From Nitrospirota bacterium (lineage in GTDB: Bacteria > Nitrospirota > Thermodesulfovibrionia > Thermodesulfovibrionales > Dissulfurispiraceae): a stretch of DNA of 64,000 nucleotides. Both the position numbers and the translations under genes were made by a program. The stretch covers positions 1,600,001 to 1,664,000 of the forward strand of contig CAWBMP010000004.1 in NCBI GenBank assembly GCA_963790025.1. Direction: 5' to 3'. Position 1 is the stretch's first letter, and every line of letters begins with the position of its first letter. Below the pieces are notes generated by a model, which worked only from the letters and a program-made list of their open reading frames with translations, was not told the origin of the DNA and did no database searches. Shown here piece by piece: positions 17,943 through 32,894 of the stretch.

Positions 17943-17979
17943 AAAAAAAGGGTTGCCCCGATTTCAGAAGCAACCCCTT
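17943..17979 (-). terminator. intrinsic terminator downstream of gyrB, inside the putative transposon end
   Basis: Minus strand GGGTTGCTTC-TGAAATC-GGGGCAACCC followed by T7. Confidence 0.75.
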
Positions 17980-17982
17980 AAC

Positions 17983-18046
17983 AAAACTTTACTGCACGAA
18001 ATGCAAAACTTTATTGCACAATTCTAAAACTTTACTGCATCCTACA
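17983..18046 (-). mobile_element. putative Tn7-like transposon end inserted 1 bp after the gyrB stop codon
   Basis: Minus strand begins TGTAGGA, then TGCAGTAAAGTTTT (18039-18026), TGCAATAAAGTTTT (18018-18005) and TGCAGTAAAGTTTT (17996-17983), period 21/22 bp. Confidence 0.7.
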
Positions 18047-18047
18047 C

Positions 18048-20465
<2,418 letters not shown>

Positions 20466-20479
20466 TTATTAAAGAAAGT

Positions 20480-20589
20480 AAGTAGTAAGCAGCAAAAGAA
20501 AAAATGACTTATAAGTCTTTTCTACTTGTCCACTACTGCCTACTGCTTATTGCCTACTGTTTCTGTTTAGTCTTTCTGCCTACTGTCTT
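20480..20589. repeat. degenerate heptamer-repeat inverted element between dnaN and gyrB
   Basis: CTGCCTA CTGCTTA TTGCCTA CTG run facing complementary AGTAAGTAGTAAGCAG. Confidence 0.6.
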
Positions 20590-21693
20590 TTACAGCCTCA
20601 TCGGCATAACTACATATTTGTAATCGTTATTTTCGTTTTCCATGATGAGCGTAGGACTCAGCGGCTCATTAAGTTTAATCAAAATACTATCGGTGCTCAT
20701 AACGGTCAAGGCATCAAGAATGTATCGTGCGTTAAATGCCAAAGTGATCGGGTCTCCTGCATATTCCATTGACAGCTCATCCTTTGCTTCTCCGATGTCG
20801 GGATTGGAAGCGGATATCCCCATGGTATTGGGCCCAATATCGACTTTTACTGCGCTGCTCCTCTCTTTGCTCATTATGGAGACCCTTCGCAGCGATTTCA
20901 TAAGTGCTATCCTGTCTATGACAATGGTCTTCTCACAGGCAGCCGGGATGACCTGCTCGTAATTGGGGTATGTCCCCTCTATAAGTCTCGTGAGGAATTG
21001 TATCTTGTCGATTTCGAACAGGATATGGTTCTTCCCCAGCATCATCTTGACCTGTTTAGCTTCGTCATCAAGGAATCTGCGCAGTTCAGACAGCGACTTT
21101 CTGGAAAAAATTATCTTTTTCTCTTCTTTTAGTTTTGAACCCATTGCCTTCTGGGAAAGTGCAAGCCTGTGGCCGTCAGTGCCGACAACAGTAAGTGTAC
21201 CATCCGGCTTTATATTAAAAAGAAGGCCGTTCAAAACATACCGCGTATCCGACTCCCCGGCCGAATAGAGGGTTTTATCAATCATCTCGAGGAGCAGCAG
21301 GGAATCTATTTCCATCTTTTCAGTATCTTCCGACAGCGCCGGCCAGACCGGAAATTCATTATGAGAGAGGCAGGCGAGGCGAAAGTGGCTTTTCCCGCTT
21401 TTTACTTTAAGCCATTTTTCATCGCTCGATTCAAGTACTATATTGCCGTCCACCTCCCGCACAATCTCAAATAGTTTTTTTGCAGGAATGCAGAGCTTGC
21501 CCTCAGTCTCGACGGTGAGCGTGAGCGGTTCTTTAAAGGCAGTTTCAAGGTCCGTGGCCGTTATGTATGCTTCTCCCTTCTCGGCCGACAGAAGAAAATG
21601 GCTCAAGATAGGCATAGTATTTTTTTTCTCAACTATGTTCTGAATGTTTGCGAGCTTTTTCTGCAATTCATTCTTATCTACCGTTACCTTCAT
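20590..21693 (-). CDS. dnaN: DNA polymerase III beta clamp
   Basis: ATDLE, GTDGHRLA, RLIEGTYPNY, VVMPMRL; located between dnaA and gyrB. Confidence 0.99.
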   Translation of the reverse strand: MKVTVDKNELQKKLANIQNIVEKKNTMPILSHFLLSAEKGEAYITATDLETAFKEPLTLTVETEGKLCIPAKKLFEIVREVDGNIVLESSDEKWLKVKSGKSHFRLACLSHNEFPVWPALSEDTEKMEIDSLLLLEMIDKTLYSAGESDTRYVLNGLLFNIKPDGTLTVVGTDGHRLALSQKAMGSKLKEEKKIIFSRKSLSELRRFLDDEAKQVKMMLGKNHILFEIDKIQFLTRLIEGTYPNYEQVIPAACEKTIVIDRIALMKSLRRVSIMSKERSSAVKVDIGPNTMGISASNPDIGEAKDELSMEYAGDPITLAFNARYILDALTVMSTDSILIKLNEPLSPTLIMENENNDYKYVVMPMRL

Positions 21694-21779
21694 CGATCCC
21701 CTCCATTAGTTCCGGCTTAACCGGTTGTTAAGCTGCCGGTAATACTTGCCGAAAGCACAAGTTGTTTATTCGCAACTCC

Positions 21780-23114
21780 TTATACCCCGGTAATCCTCCG
21801 TACTATATTATCAATGCTTTTATTGAGATTGTCATCCTTTCCGCGCTTTTCTTCAATCTGCTTGCAGGCATAAATCACCGTCGCATGGTCTTTCCCGCCA
21901 AAATATCTTCCGATTTCACTAAGCGACAGATTGGTATTGCGCTTTGCTATATACATGGCTATCTGCCGCGCATTCGCTATTTCCTTTGTCCTCTTCCTTG
22001 CCTTTATATCCTGAATTTTCAAGCCGAAAAAATCGCATACGATCTTCTGTATCAATTCAACGGTAATGGGCCTCTCATCGTCCACTATAAGATCTTTAAG
22101 CACAACTTTTGCCATGGCCGTATCAATCGGCATGGCCGTCAGCGATGAATGTGCCCACAGCTTTATAAGACACCCCTCGAGTTCTCTTATATTGGACTTT
22201 ATTTTGGTCGCGATAAAATAGGCCACCTCTTCCGGTATGTTCATTTTTTCTACTGCCGCTTTTTTATAAATAATCGCGATCTTTGTTTCAACTTCAGGAG
22301 GCTGTATATCGGCTATAAGCCCCATGCTGAACCGCGACCTGAGCCTGTCTGTTATATCGGATATCTCCAAAGGCGCCCTGTCACTCGATACAACGATCTG
22401 GCGCTGCTTTTCATAAAGTGCATTAAAGGTGTGGAAAAATTCTTCCTGAGTTGTGGTTTTATTTGCGATAAACTGAATGTCATCGATAAGCATGACATCG
22501 ACATTCCTGAATTTGTCCTTAAACTCCGCCATCTTTTCATGCCGCAAGGCAGAAATGACTTCATTGGTAAACTGCTCGGCAGAAACATAACAGACTATTT
22601 TATCGGGATATTTATCGACTATCATATTCCCTATGGCATTCATGAGATGCGTCTTGCCGAGTCCTACACCTCCGTAAATAAATAACGGATTATATGCAAC
22701 CCCGGGGTTCTCTGCGATCCTCCTGGAGGCTGCATGAGCAAACTGGTTCGACGGGCCCACAACAAAGGTATCAAAAATATACTTCGGACTTAAATAAATT
22801 CCCCTGCTTGCCAGCTTGATCTTTCTGGTCTCAAGTTTAGTATCATGCTTTTTGAGTGCAGCGTCCTCTTTCTCTATTATTTTATATTTAACGGACACCG
22901 GGTATCCCACAATCCCTTCCAGTGTTTCGTTAATAATTACAGGATAATAATCCTCAATCCATTCTCTGAAAAACCTGTTGGGAATGCCGATGGTTATGAC
23001 CTTGTCTTTAAGACCGATGAATCTCATCGGCTTGAACCACAGTTCAAAAAGACTATCACCAACTTTTTTAGCAATCTCGAGAAGATTTTTATTCCATATC
23101 TCTTCTATATTCAC
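21780..23114 (-). CDS. dnaA: chromosomal replication initiator DnaA
   Basis: YNPLFIYGGVGLGKTHL, IDDIQF, RLRSRF, NIRELEG; likely GTG start at 23114 (the track extends to 23177). Confidence 0.99.
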   Translation of the reverse strand: MNIEEIWNKNLLEIAKKVGDSLFELWFKPMRFIGLKDKVITIGIPNRFFREWIEDYYPVIINETLEGIVGYPVSVKYKIIEKEDAALKKHDTKLETRKIKLASRGIYLSPKYIFDTFVVGPSNQFAHAASRRIAENPGVAYNPLFIYGGVGLGKTHLMNAIGNMIVDKYPDKIVCYVSAEQFTNEVISALRHEKMAEFKDKFRNVDVMLIDDIQFIANKTTTQEEFFHTFNALYEKQRQIVVSSDRAPLEISDITDRLRSRFSMGLIADIQPPEVETKIAIIYKKAAVEKMNIPEEVAYFIATKIKSNIRELEGCLIKLWAHSSLTAMPIDTAMAKVVLKDLIVDDERPITVELIQKIVCDFFGLKIQDIKARKRTKEIANARQIAMYIAKRNTNLSLSEIGRYFGGKDHATVIYACKQIEEKRGKDDNLNKSIDNIVRRITGV

Positions 23115-23237
23115 TCTTCCGCTATCCCCATGACCCAAAACTTTATAAAAAACATAGATATTACGGGGCCCATGCAAAAACCGGATTTATCAGATCATTG
23201 CGAGGGCCCCACTATAAAAAACATAAATAAAGCGCCG

Positions 23238-23472
23238 TTATTAACATGATATTCACAATTGTTAATAATTCTCCGGCCTTAGCACAGTCATTATATCCTA
23301 TCCGTTAAAACAAGGGCAATAAATTGTTGATTGAACTGTGCAAAAAAAAAGTCCTTCTTATTTGTTCAAAACGCATAAAAAGGTATTCAACTTATTTCCG
23401 TTCAAACTACTTGCCATTCCATAGCTTTAAGCCATTATTAACAATTCAACACTGCTTACTACTACTACTATT
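23238..23472. other. candidate oriC: DnaA-box-like 9-mers plus DnaA-trio array
   Basis: TTATTAACA at 23238, 23260 (reverse) and 23435; ATATTCACA at 23249; TTTTGCACA (reverse) at 23337; tandem box pair 23435-23451, then CTGC and (ACT)n at 23456-23472, then an AT-rich tract. Confidence 0.85.
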
Positions 23473-23509
23473 CAATAAATCTAAAAGAGCAGAAGAAAGA
23501 AAAATTTTA

Positions 23510-24617
23510 TTATAGGGCCGTATTCCAGTTCAAATACCCCTTTATGAAAATATCTATATCTCCATCCAGGACGGCATTTATATTACCGGTTTCACTGCCT
23601 GTTCTATGGTCTTTTACAAGCTGGTATGGCTGTAATACATATGACCTTATCTGATTACCCCAGGATATGCCTTTTTTATCTCCTATAATCGTATCCATTT
23701 TTTTTTCTCTTTCTCTGACAGACATATCATAAAGTCTTGACTTAAGAATTCTCATCGCCAGCTCTTTGTTTCTGTGCTGAGAGCGTTCAGTCTGGCATGC
23801 AACTATCATCCCAGACGGCGCATGGGTAATCCTCACCGCCGAAGACACCTTATTTACATGCTGTCCTCCCGCACCCGAGGCCCTGAATGTATCGATTTTT
23901 AGGTCCTCCTCTCTGATTTCAACAGGAACATCATCTTCTATTTCAGGATAAACAAGCACAGCTGAGAAAGAAGTATGCCTTCTTTTATTTGCATCAAAAG
24001 GGGATATTCTTACAAGGCGGTGAATCCCTGCTTCTCCTTTAAGGTAACCGTAAGTATAATTACCAACGACGGTAAATGTTGCATCTTTAATCCCTGCCTC
24101 GTCGCCAGGCTGCACATCTGCCATCACAATTTTGAAACCATGACGTTCTGCCCAGCGTACATACATACGCATAAGCATTTGCGCCCAATCCTGGCTTTCG
24201 GTACCTCCTGCCCCGGGATGAATAGTAATTATCGCATTATTCTTGTCCAGTTCCCCCGAAAGAAGAATTCTTAACTCAGTGTCATCAAGCTCTTGCTTAA
24301 GGGTATCCAGTTCCTTTTTGAACTCTTCAAGGAATATTTCACCACCCTCTTCATTTAAAAGGCCTGCTGACTCTTCAAGATAATGGACCTTATCAAGAGC
24401 AGATTCAACGGGCCGGATAGATTCGAGTATTTCCGATTTTGTCTTGTGTAGTTTTTTGATTTTATCAGGCGAAGCCCATACTTCCTCTGATAACAGTTCT
24501 TTTTCTATAAGTAATAAATCAGCTTTCAGTTTATCGACATCAAAGATAACCTCTTAAAGAAAGAACTTTTTCCTTCAAACGCGAGAGCCCCTCCACCAAA
24601 TCACTCTGTAACAGCAT
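23510..24617 (-). CDS. prfB: peptide chain release factor 2, with programmed +1 frameshift
   Basis: ATG at 24617 gives 25 codons ending RGYL at CTT TGA T (24545-24539) after internal SD AGAGGT; the +1 frame continues to SPF and GGQ motifs (368 aa in total). Confidence 0.97.
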
Positions 24618-24638
24618 ACAATCCCTCCCTTTTAGAAA

Positions 24639-24700
24639 CAGTGTCAGTGATTTGTGTCAGTTAAATAAATATAAATATTTTTTACTGACACTGATACTAA
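24639..24700. repeat. degenerate hexamer-repeat inverted element between lnt and prfB
   Basis: CAGTGTCAGT (24639) ... ACTGACACTG (24684) around an AT-rich spacer. Confidence 0.55.
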
Positions 24701-24710
24701 TCTCTGCCTT

Positions 24711-26276
24711 TCAGTATCTGTTCCTCTTTCTTATTATCATGAGCAGAGTACATATTATGCTCAAATACGACAAGATATCTCCGTATTTTGTGTAGAGCGA
24801 CAAAGTCCTGTCGGTCCTTACAGCAGACACCAGATAGGTCCTGCTGAAAATATTTGTTTTACCGAGAATTCTGCCGCAGCTATCGATAAATCCTGATATC
24901 CCGGTATTTGCCGCCCTTATCACCGGTTTTCTGTTCTCTATGGCCCTGAACACAGCCATACTAAAATGCTGATAAGGACCCGGCGTTCTCCCGAACCAGG
25001 CATCATTAGTAATCGTTACGATAAAATCTCCTCCGGTTGTATAAAACTTTCGCACCAAACCGGGGAATATAATCTCGTAACAGATAACAGTTCCGAACCT
25101 TCCAAATGGCGTTACTGCCTTTGTATAACCTTCTCCTGGAAGAAAATCTCCAATTGCACCGGTCAAATCAACAAAAGACAAAAGTGGTCTCATCGGAAGA
25201 TACTCCCCAAAGGCAACCAAATGTATTTTATCATAAAAATATGTAATATTTCCATTTTTATCAAGGAGTATGGCGCTATTGGCATAACGGGTCCCGGATG
25301 GTTTAGACCCTGTATTCCGGGCCTTTACCGTTACGCTCCCAAAAAGCAGATACGAATTGAATTGCCGCTGGAAGGAAACCATGTTTGCCGTACGCTCTTT
25401 GTCAGCCCCAAAAAAAAACGGCACGGCAGTTTCAGGCCAGACTATCAGTTCCGGTGTTTCGCGCGCGGCTGCAAAAGAGATATCTCTATATGCAGAAATA
25501 ACCGACTGCTGGTAAGCAGGGTCCCATTTTTTATCCTGTTCTATATTTCCCTGAACAACTGCAACTTTTATCATTGAACCGGGGCGGACCTGATGCAAGC
25601 GGTAAAATCCGTAGCCCAGTGTAAAGACGATAATAAGAGCAAGGGCTGCAAAGCCGGCCGTTGTCGGCAGGTATGAAGCGAGCGGTCGTTCCCTGAACCT
25701 TTGTTTGAACAGGAATATATCCACCAATGCTCCATTTACCGCAACGATAAGAAAAGAAACCCCATATACCCCTGTAATATCGGCGATCTGTATAATGGGG
25801 AGAAACTCATATTGGCTGTAGCCCAAACTTGACCATGGGAAACCGCTCAGGGCATAAGAACGGAGAAATTCCAGAGCAGTCCAAATAAGCGGCGCCACAA
25901 TAAGAGAGGGCATATCGCTCCTCTTGATATTTTCCGCATAGAGGAAAGCAAACACTGCCGGATAAAGACTGAAGTATAGGCATAAAACAAAAACCAGCAG
26001 GATACTCGGCACGAAAGGGACAGCGCCATAGTAATGAATTGAATAATATATCCAATAAAGGGTGCCGAAAAAATAGACAAGCCCGAAAAAAAAGCCTGCG
26101 ACAAAGGCGGTCCCCGGGTCTTTGTAACGGATAAACAACAACAGGGGAACAAGGGCTATCCATGCAAGAGGAAAGAAGTTCACTGTGGGGAAACAAAGGA
26201 CCAGAAGCAACCCTGAAAGAAGGGCAGGCCCATACAGCCGTTCGGAAAGCGCTTTCAAGGTGTTCATAATGAGCAC
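24711..26276 (-). CDS. lnt: apolipoprotein N-acyltransferase
   Basis: GFPW, VQGNI, WPETA, YDKIHLV.FGEY, ICYE, TNDAWF, RAANTGIS. Confidence 0.97.
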   Translation of the reverse strand: MLIMNTLKALSERLYGPALLSGLLLVLCFPTVNFFPLAWIALVPLLLFIRYKDPGTAFVAGFFFGLVYFFGTLYWIYYSIHYYGAVPFVPSILLVFVLCLYFSLYPAVFAFLYAENIKRSDMPSLIVAPLIWTALEFLRSYALSGFPWSSLGYSQYEFLPIIQIADITGVYGVSFLIVAVNGALVDIFLFKQRFRERPLASYLPTTAGFAALALIIVFTLGYGFYRLHQVRPGSMIKVAVVQGNIEQDKKWDPAYQQSVISAYRDISFAAARETPELIVWPETAVPFFFGADKERTANMVSFQRQFNSYLLFGSVTVKARNTGSKPSGTRYANSAILLDKNGNITYFYDKIHLVAFGEYLPMRPLLSFVDLTGAIGDFLPGEGYTKAVTPFGRFGTVICYEIIFPGLVRKFYTTGGDFIVTITNDAWFGRTPGPYQHFSMAVFRAIENRKPVIRAANTGISGFIDSCGRILGKTNIFSRTYLVSAVRTDRTLSLYTKYGDILSYLSIICTLLMIIRKRNRY

Positions 26277-26386
26277 ACTATTGAATTCGCAAAAAAGCAG
26301 GACATATATTTCTTGCCTATCAATTTCATGCAGTTATTTTGTAAACTAATCACGTCAAATAAAACTATGTTATCATAAAAAAAGAG

Positions 26387-28803
<2,417 letters not shown>

Positions 28804-28819
28804 GTAGTGGGTAAGTTGT

Positions 28820-30250
28820 TCAAGCGGCAATTCCCAGGAGACGTAGCCCGTTCCGTATAAGGCGGGTGTACCTCCACAGCGGAGGCCTGATCCCGAAGGT
28901 GTATCCTAAACGTTGGATAGCCGGAAGGTAAGGTAATTCCAAAGAGTCTGAGCATACAAAATTCATATGGGTCGCGAGGGTCTTTCTCATATGAAGCAGC
29001 AACCATGAATAAGATAGTTCAGGGGAAACATAAAAGACCGGTTCGAGCATCTCTTTATGAGAGAGTGAAAGCCTGCCCTGTTTTCTGGCTACAAGTTCGA
29101 GCTCTGTCCCGGGATAAATGCGTATGCCAAGGTTAAAGTAAGCAACATCGTTTTTGCGTATGCGGGTTTCTGCAAAACGGAGAGTTTCTTTAACGGTTTC
29201 CTCTGTTTCACCCGGTCCTCCAAGCATGAATATCCAGAGACATGGAAGGCCATGGCGTCCTACAACTTCCGCTGCATTATAGACTTCGCGGGCAGAATAA
29301 TTTTTGCCCAGACCCTCCAAAGCAGTATCCGAAGCGCTCTCAACAGTAATTCCTATGCTGTTGAACCCGGCCTTTCCCATTGCACGCAGGAGTGCATCAT
29401 CAATGAAAAGGGGGTTCAGCTCCATGCTTTGCAACCTGGCATGGGATGATGAGCGGGCCATTTCTTCACAAACCTCCATTGCATGGTCATACGGCGAGTT
29501 AAATACATTATCAACAATTTCAATGTCTTTAAGACCCTGAGAGACAAGATATTCGACGGCATATCGCGCGCTTTCAGGAGTGCAGAGGCTGTAGGCACCC
29601 CCTTCAATCTGGCGATAAGTGCAGTAGACGCATTTAAAGCGGCAGCCGAGCTTGGTCTGCAGAGGCGCGGTCGTATGGAGCGAACGATACGCATTTACAT
29701 TGATCCAACGGCGGTAGTCCGGAACAGGGCAGGAGGTTCTAATAATTGCCGGGGGTGCGCAGGGGTTCATTAGTACCTTCCCGTTTTCGAGCCATGCCGC
29801 GCCGGCGACTGTTTCAATCCGGCGATCATGCGCTATCGATTCAAGTATGCGCGGAAAAACTCGTTCACCGTCACCCAGCACCGCATAAGGCGCTCCTGTA
29901 AAAGTAATAATTTCCTCGGGCATTACTGCCACTGCAGCACCTCCGAGAATAACAGGGGCCTGAGACAACCTGCGGATCGTATGAAGAAGCGGCAGCAGTT
30001 CTTTAATAAAAAAAACAGGATTCTGCATATCGTTGCCGTCAATATTACGCACCGACAAGCCTATTGCATCCGGCGGGAATCTGGTCAACTCAAGTTCAAG
30101 CGCCTGAAGGGGGATTTTTTCGAACATAAGATCAAGAAAACGTACCGTATGTCCTGCCAGGGATGCGGCATCTGCAACGAGGCAGGCCCCTGCGGGCATA
30201 ACCGCCGCCGGCGAGGTATGTGAATTGGTGTTTATAACGAGGACATTCAT
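28820..30250 (-). CDS. B12-binding domain radical SAM protein
   Basis: N-terminal cobalamin-binding-like domain (IGLSVRNID, ILGG, GDGE); GCRFKCVYC; GGPGET; RIYPGT. Confidence 0.9.
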   Translation of the reverse strand: MNVLVINTNSHTSPAAVMPAGACLVADAASLAGHTVRFLDLMFEKIPLQALELELTRFPPDAIGLSVRNIDGNDMQNPVFFIKELLPLLHTIRRLSQAPVILGGAAVAVMPEEIITFTGAPYAVLGDGERVFPRILESIAHDRRIETVAGAAWLENGKVLMNPCAPPAIIRTSCPVPDYRRWINVNAYRSLHTTAPLQTKLGCRFKCVYCTYRQIEGGAYSLCTPESARYAVEYLVSQGLKDIEIVDNVFNSPYDHAMEVCEEMARSSSHARLQSMELNPLFIDDALLRAMGKAGFNSIGITVESASDTALEGLGKNYSAREVYNAAEVVGRHGLPCLWIFMLGGPGETEETVKETLRFAETRIRKNDVAYFNLGIRIYPGTELELVARKQGRLSLSHKEMLEPVFYVSPELSYSWLLLHMRKTLATHMNFVCSDSLELPYLPAIQRLGYTFGIRPPLWRYTRLIRNGLRLLGIAA

Positions 30251-30336
30251 TGTTACGCTTTAATTGTAACATATGGTTAGTTGCCCTTCCCTGGAAATCA
30301 TGATACTATATTGCCGTTGGAGGAAAAATATTATTT

Positions 30337-32265
30337 GTGGCCGGCACATCTTCTGATAAAGAAAATTTGATTGAAAAACTCAAAAGTCCTCAGTGGCGGA
30401 TGGCGATCGCTTTTTTGCTTATTATCGCCATCATGTTCATATGGGACCAATTTTTCGGACTCCTCGGACCAAAAATTGAAGAGCAATATCCTGTAAATTA
30501 CAGCCAGTTTATACAACAACTAGATGCCGGCAATATACGGTCGGTCACAATAAAAGGCTTGGAGGTAAGTGGAGATTTCAGCAAGGAGATTATAGTTCAG
30601 CTTCCGGGTGAGAAGAAAAATACCGAGGTCAAGAATTTCCAAACTACCTTGCCTTCTTTTCAGGGAGAAGGACTTATGGCGAAGCTTCAGGAAAAGAAGG
30701 TCATTATCAACGTCACTCCGCCGGCAAAGGCGTCATTTTGGGCGCAATTCCTTATCGGGCTGCTGCCTCTCGCGCTCATAGTGGGCTTCTGGGTGCTGCT
30801 GATGAGGCGCACCCAACAGATGCAGGGGGGCCCTGGCGGCCTTTTCAGTTTCGGCGCGAGCAAGGCGAAACTCTATGACGCGAAGAAGCCGAAAATCACG
30901 TTTAAAGACGTCGCAGGAATGGACAATGTCAAGCAGGACCTGCAGGAAACCATAGAGTTTCTGAAAAATCCCGAAAAATATAAAAGGCTTGGCGCTAAAA
31001 TCCCGAGGGGTGTACTTCTGGCCGGGTATCCGGGCACCGGGAAGACACTGTTGGCGCGTGCTGTAGCAGGTGAAGCCGGAGTCCCCTTTTTCAGCATCAG
31101 CGCTTCGGAGTTTATAGAGATGTTTGTCGGTGTGGGGGCCTCCAGGGTCAGGGACATGTTCAAGAAGGCAAAAGAGTCGCAGCCCAGTATCATTTTTATT
31201 GACGAGATCGATGCTGTGGGCCGTACCCGTGGGGCCGGGTTTGGAGGAGGTCACGATGAGAGAGAGCAGACGCTCAATCAGCTCCTTAGCGAAATGGACG
31301 GGTTCGAGACGCATGAGGAGGTAATTGTTATTGCGGCGACCAACCGTCCCGATGTACTGGACCCCGCACTGCTTCGCCCCGGCAGGTTTGACCGCCGTAT
31401 TATGATTGACCGTCCGGGGTTAAAGGAGCGCATGGGGATACTCGAAGTGCATGTGCGGGGGAAAATATTGGCCGGTGATGTTGACCTTCAGAGTGTTGCC
31501 AGGGGCACGCCCGGCATGACAGGAGCAGATCTGGAAAACCTGGCGAACGAGGCTGCGCTGTTGGCAATAAGAAAGGACCATGACAGTATTACCATGGCTG
31601 ATTTTGAAGAGGCGAGGGACGTTGTACTGATGGGCGCGATAAGAGGGGAAACGATCAGTGAAATGGAAAAGCGCATTACCGCCTGCCATGAAGCGGGGCA
31701 TACGCTCGTTGCCTGGGAACTACCCGGCACAGATCCAATTCATAAAGTCAGCATTATTCCCAGGGGAATGGCAATGGGAGTAACGCAGTTGCTGCCGGAG
31801 GAGGACAGGCACTATTATCCTAAAACCTATCTGGTAAACAGGCTGAGCGTGGCACTTGCCGGAATGGTTGCTGAGCGGATCGTCTTTAACGATACGAGCA
31901 GCGGTTCACAGAACGATCTGAAGGAAGCTACAGCTCTTGCAGAAAAGATGGTGGCGCAGTGGGGAATGAGTGACAAGGTCGGTCCTGTGTCGCTCGGCAG
32001 GGGAGAAGAACATCCATTTTTGGGAAAGGAGCTTGCGCAGCCAAAACGGTACAGCGAGCAAATGGCATGGCTCATGGACGAGGAAATACGGCAGCTCATG
32101 GTTGATGCTGAAGCAAAAGCGGATGAAATTTTGAAGAATAACCGCCACACCCTTGACCGCCTGGCAGAAGCCCTTATACAGGAAGAGGTCCTGGATAAAA
32201 ACGATGTTGAGCGGATAGTCAGGGAATCAAAAGCAGAATCCGGGGCGAAAGGCCAAAAAGGATAA
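30337..32265 (+). CDS. ftsH: ATP-dependent zinc metalloprotease FtsH
   Basis: Two TM segments; [30 protein letters not shown]. Confidence 0.98.
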   Translation: MAGTSSDKENLIEKLKSPQWRMAIAFLLIIAIMFIWDQFFGLLGPKIEEQYPVNYSQFIQQLDAGNIRSVTIKGLEVSGDFSKEIIVQLPGEKKNTEVKNFQTTLPSFQGEGLMAKLQEKKVIINVTPPAKASFWAQFLIGLLPLALIVGFWVLLMRRTQQMQGGPGGLFSFGASKAKLYDAKKPKITFKDVAGMDNVKQDLQETIEFLKNPEKYKRLGAKIPRGVLLAGYPGTGKTLLARAVAGEAGVPFFSISASEFIEMFVGVGASRVRDMFKKAKESQPSIIFIDEIDAVGRTRGAGFGGGHDEREQTLNQLLSEMDGFETHEEVIVIAATNRPDVLDPALLRPGRFDRRIMIDRPGLKERMGILEVHVRGKILAGDVDLQSVARGTPGMTGADLENLANEAALLAIRKDHDSITMADFEEARDVVLMGAIRGETISEMEKRITACHEAGHTLVAWELPGTDPIHKVSIIPRGMAMGVTQLLPEEDRHYYPKTYLVNRLSVALAGMVAERIVFNDTSSGSQNDLKEATALAEKMVAQWGMSDKVGPVSLGRGEEHPFLGKELAQPKRYSEQMAWLMDEEIRQLMVDAEAKADEILKNNRHTLDRLAEALIQEEVLDKNDVERIVRESKAESGAKGQKG

Positions 32266-32266
32266 T

Positions 32267-32809
32267 ATGGACAGCAAACAAACTCTGGCGTTTGTGGGCG
32301 ATTCGCTGACGGAGTATTTCGACTGGCAGGAGCGGTTCCCGGCATGCAAGGTTTTCAATATGGGAATAGCCGGGGAAACGGTTGAAGAACTGCTGGAACG
32401 CACGGACAGAATACAGCTCACAATTGTCAATTCGGGTCTGAACGCCGATTTTATTTTTGTTATGACCGGTGCTAACAACATAGCAATGGAAGACTACGAT
32501 ATAATTGCCCGCTACAAGGAAGTTATCACTGCCATAGCCGGTTCTTTCAGCAAGTCAAAATTAGTGATACAGAGTATTTTGCCGGTAAGTTTTCCCTGGA
32601 TCGATAACACAATTATAAGGCAACTCAATGAATCGCTCAGGCAGATGGCGAAAGACTTTAAGGCGGAATACCTCGATCTGTATAGTCTCTTTATAAAACC
32701 CGGGGCCGGACCGGTAAGAGAGTACCTGCTCGATGACGGCATTCACGTTAGCGATAAAGGATATGAGGTGTGGTCAGGAGCGGTAGAGGACTTCCTGGAG
32801 CACCGTTGA
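32267..32809 (+). CDS. SGNH/GDSL hydrolase
   Basis: FVGDSLT, NMGIAG, TGANN, DGIH. Confidence 0.9.
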   Translation: MDSKQTLAFVGDSLTEYFDWQERFPACKVFNMGIAGETVEELLERTDRIQLTIVNSGLNADFIFVMTGANNIAMEDYDIIARYKEVITAIAGSFSKSKLVIQSILPVSFPWIDNTIIRQLNESLRQMAKDFKAEYLDLYSLFIKPGAGPVREYLLDDGIHVSDKGYEVWSGAVEDFLEHR

Positions 32810-32894
32810 ATATACAGGGCAGGAAGATCGTGCTGGTCATCGCCGAACCAATGCTGATGAAATCCTATGACATGGTCTCCGCTTTTACACAAGA

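Noticed and set aside
17983..18039. Three repeats as a mini CRISPR array or plasmid iterons
   Set aside because: Spacers are only 7-8 nt, and there is no cas or rep gene; the TGT terminus and 21-22 bp period fit transposase-binding sites better
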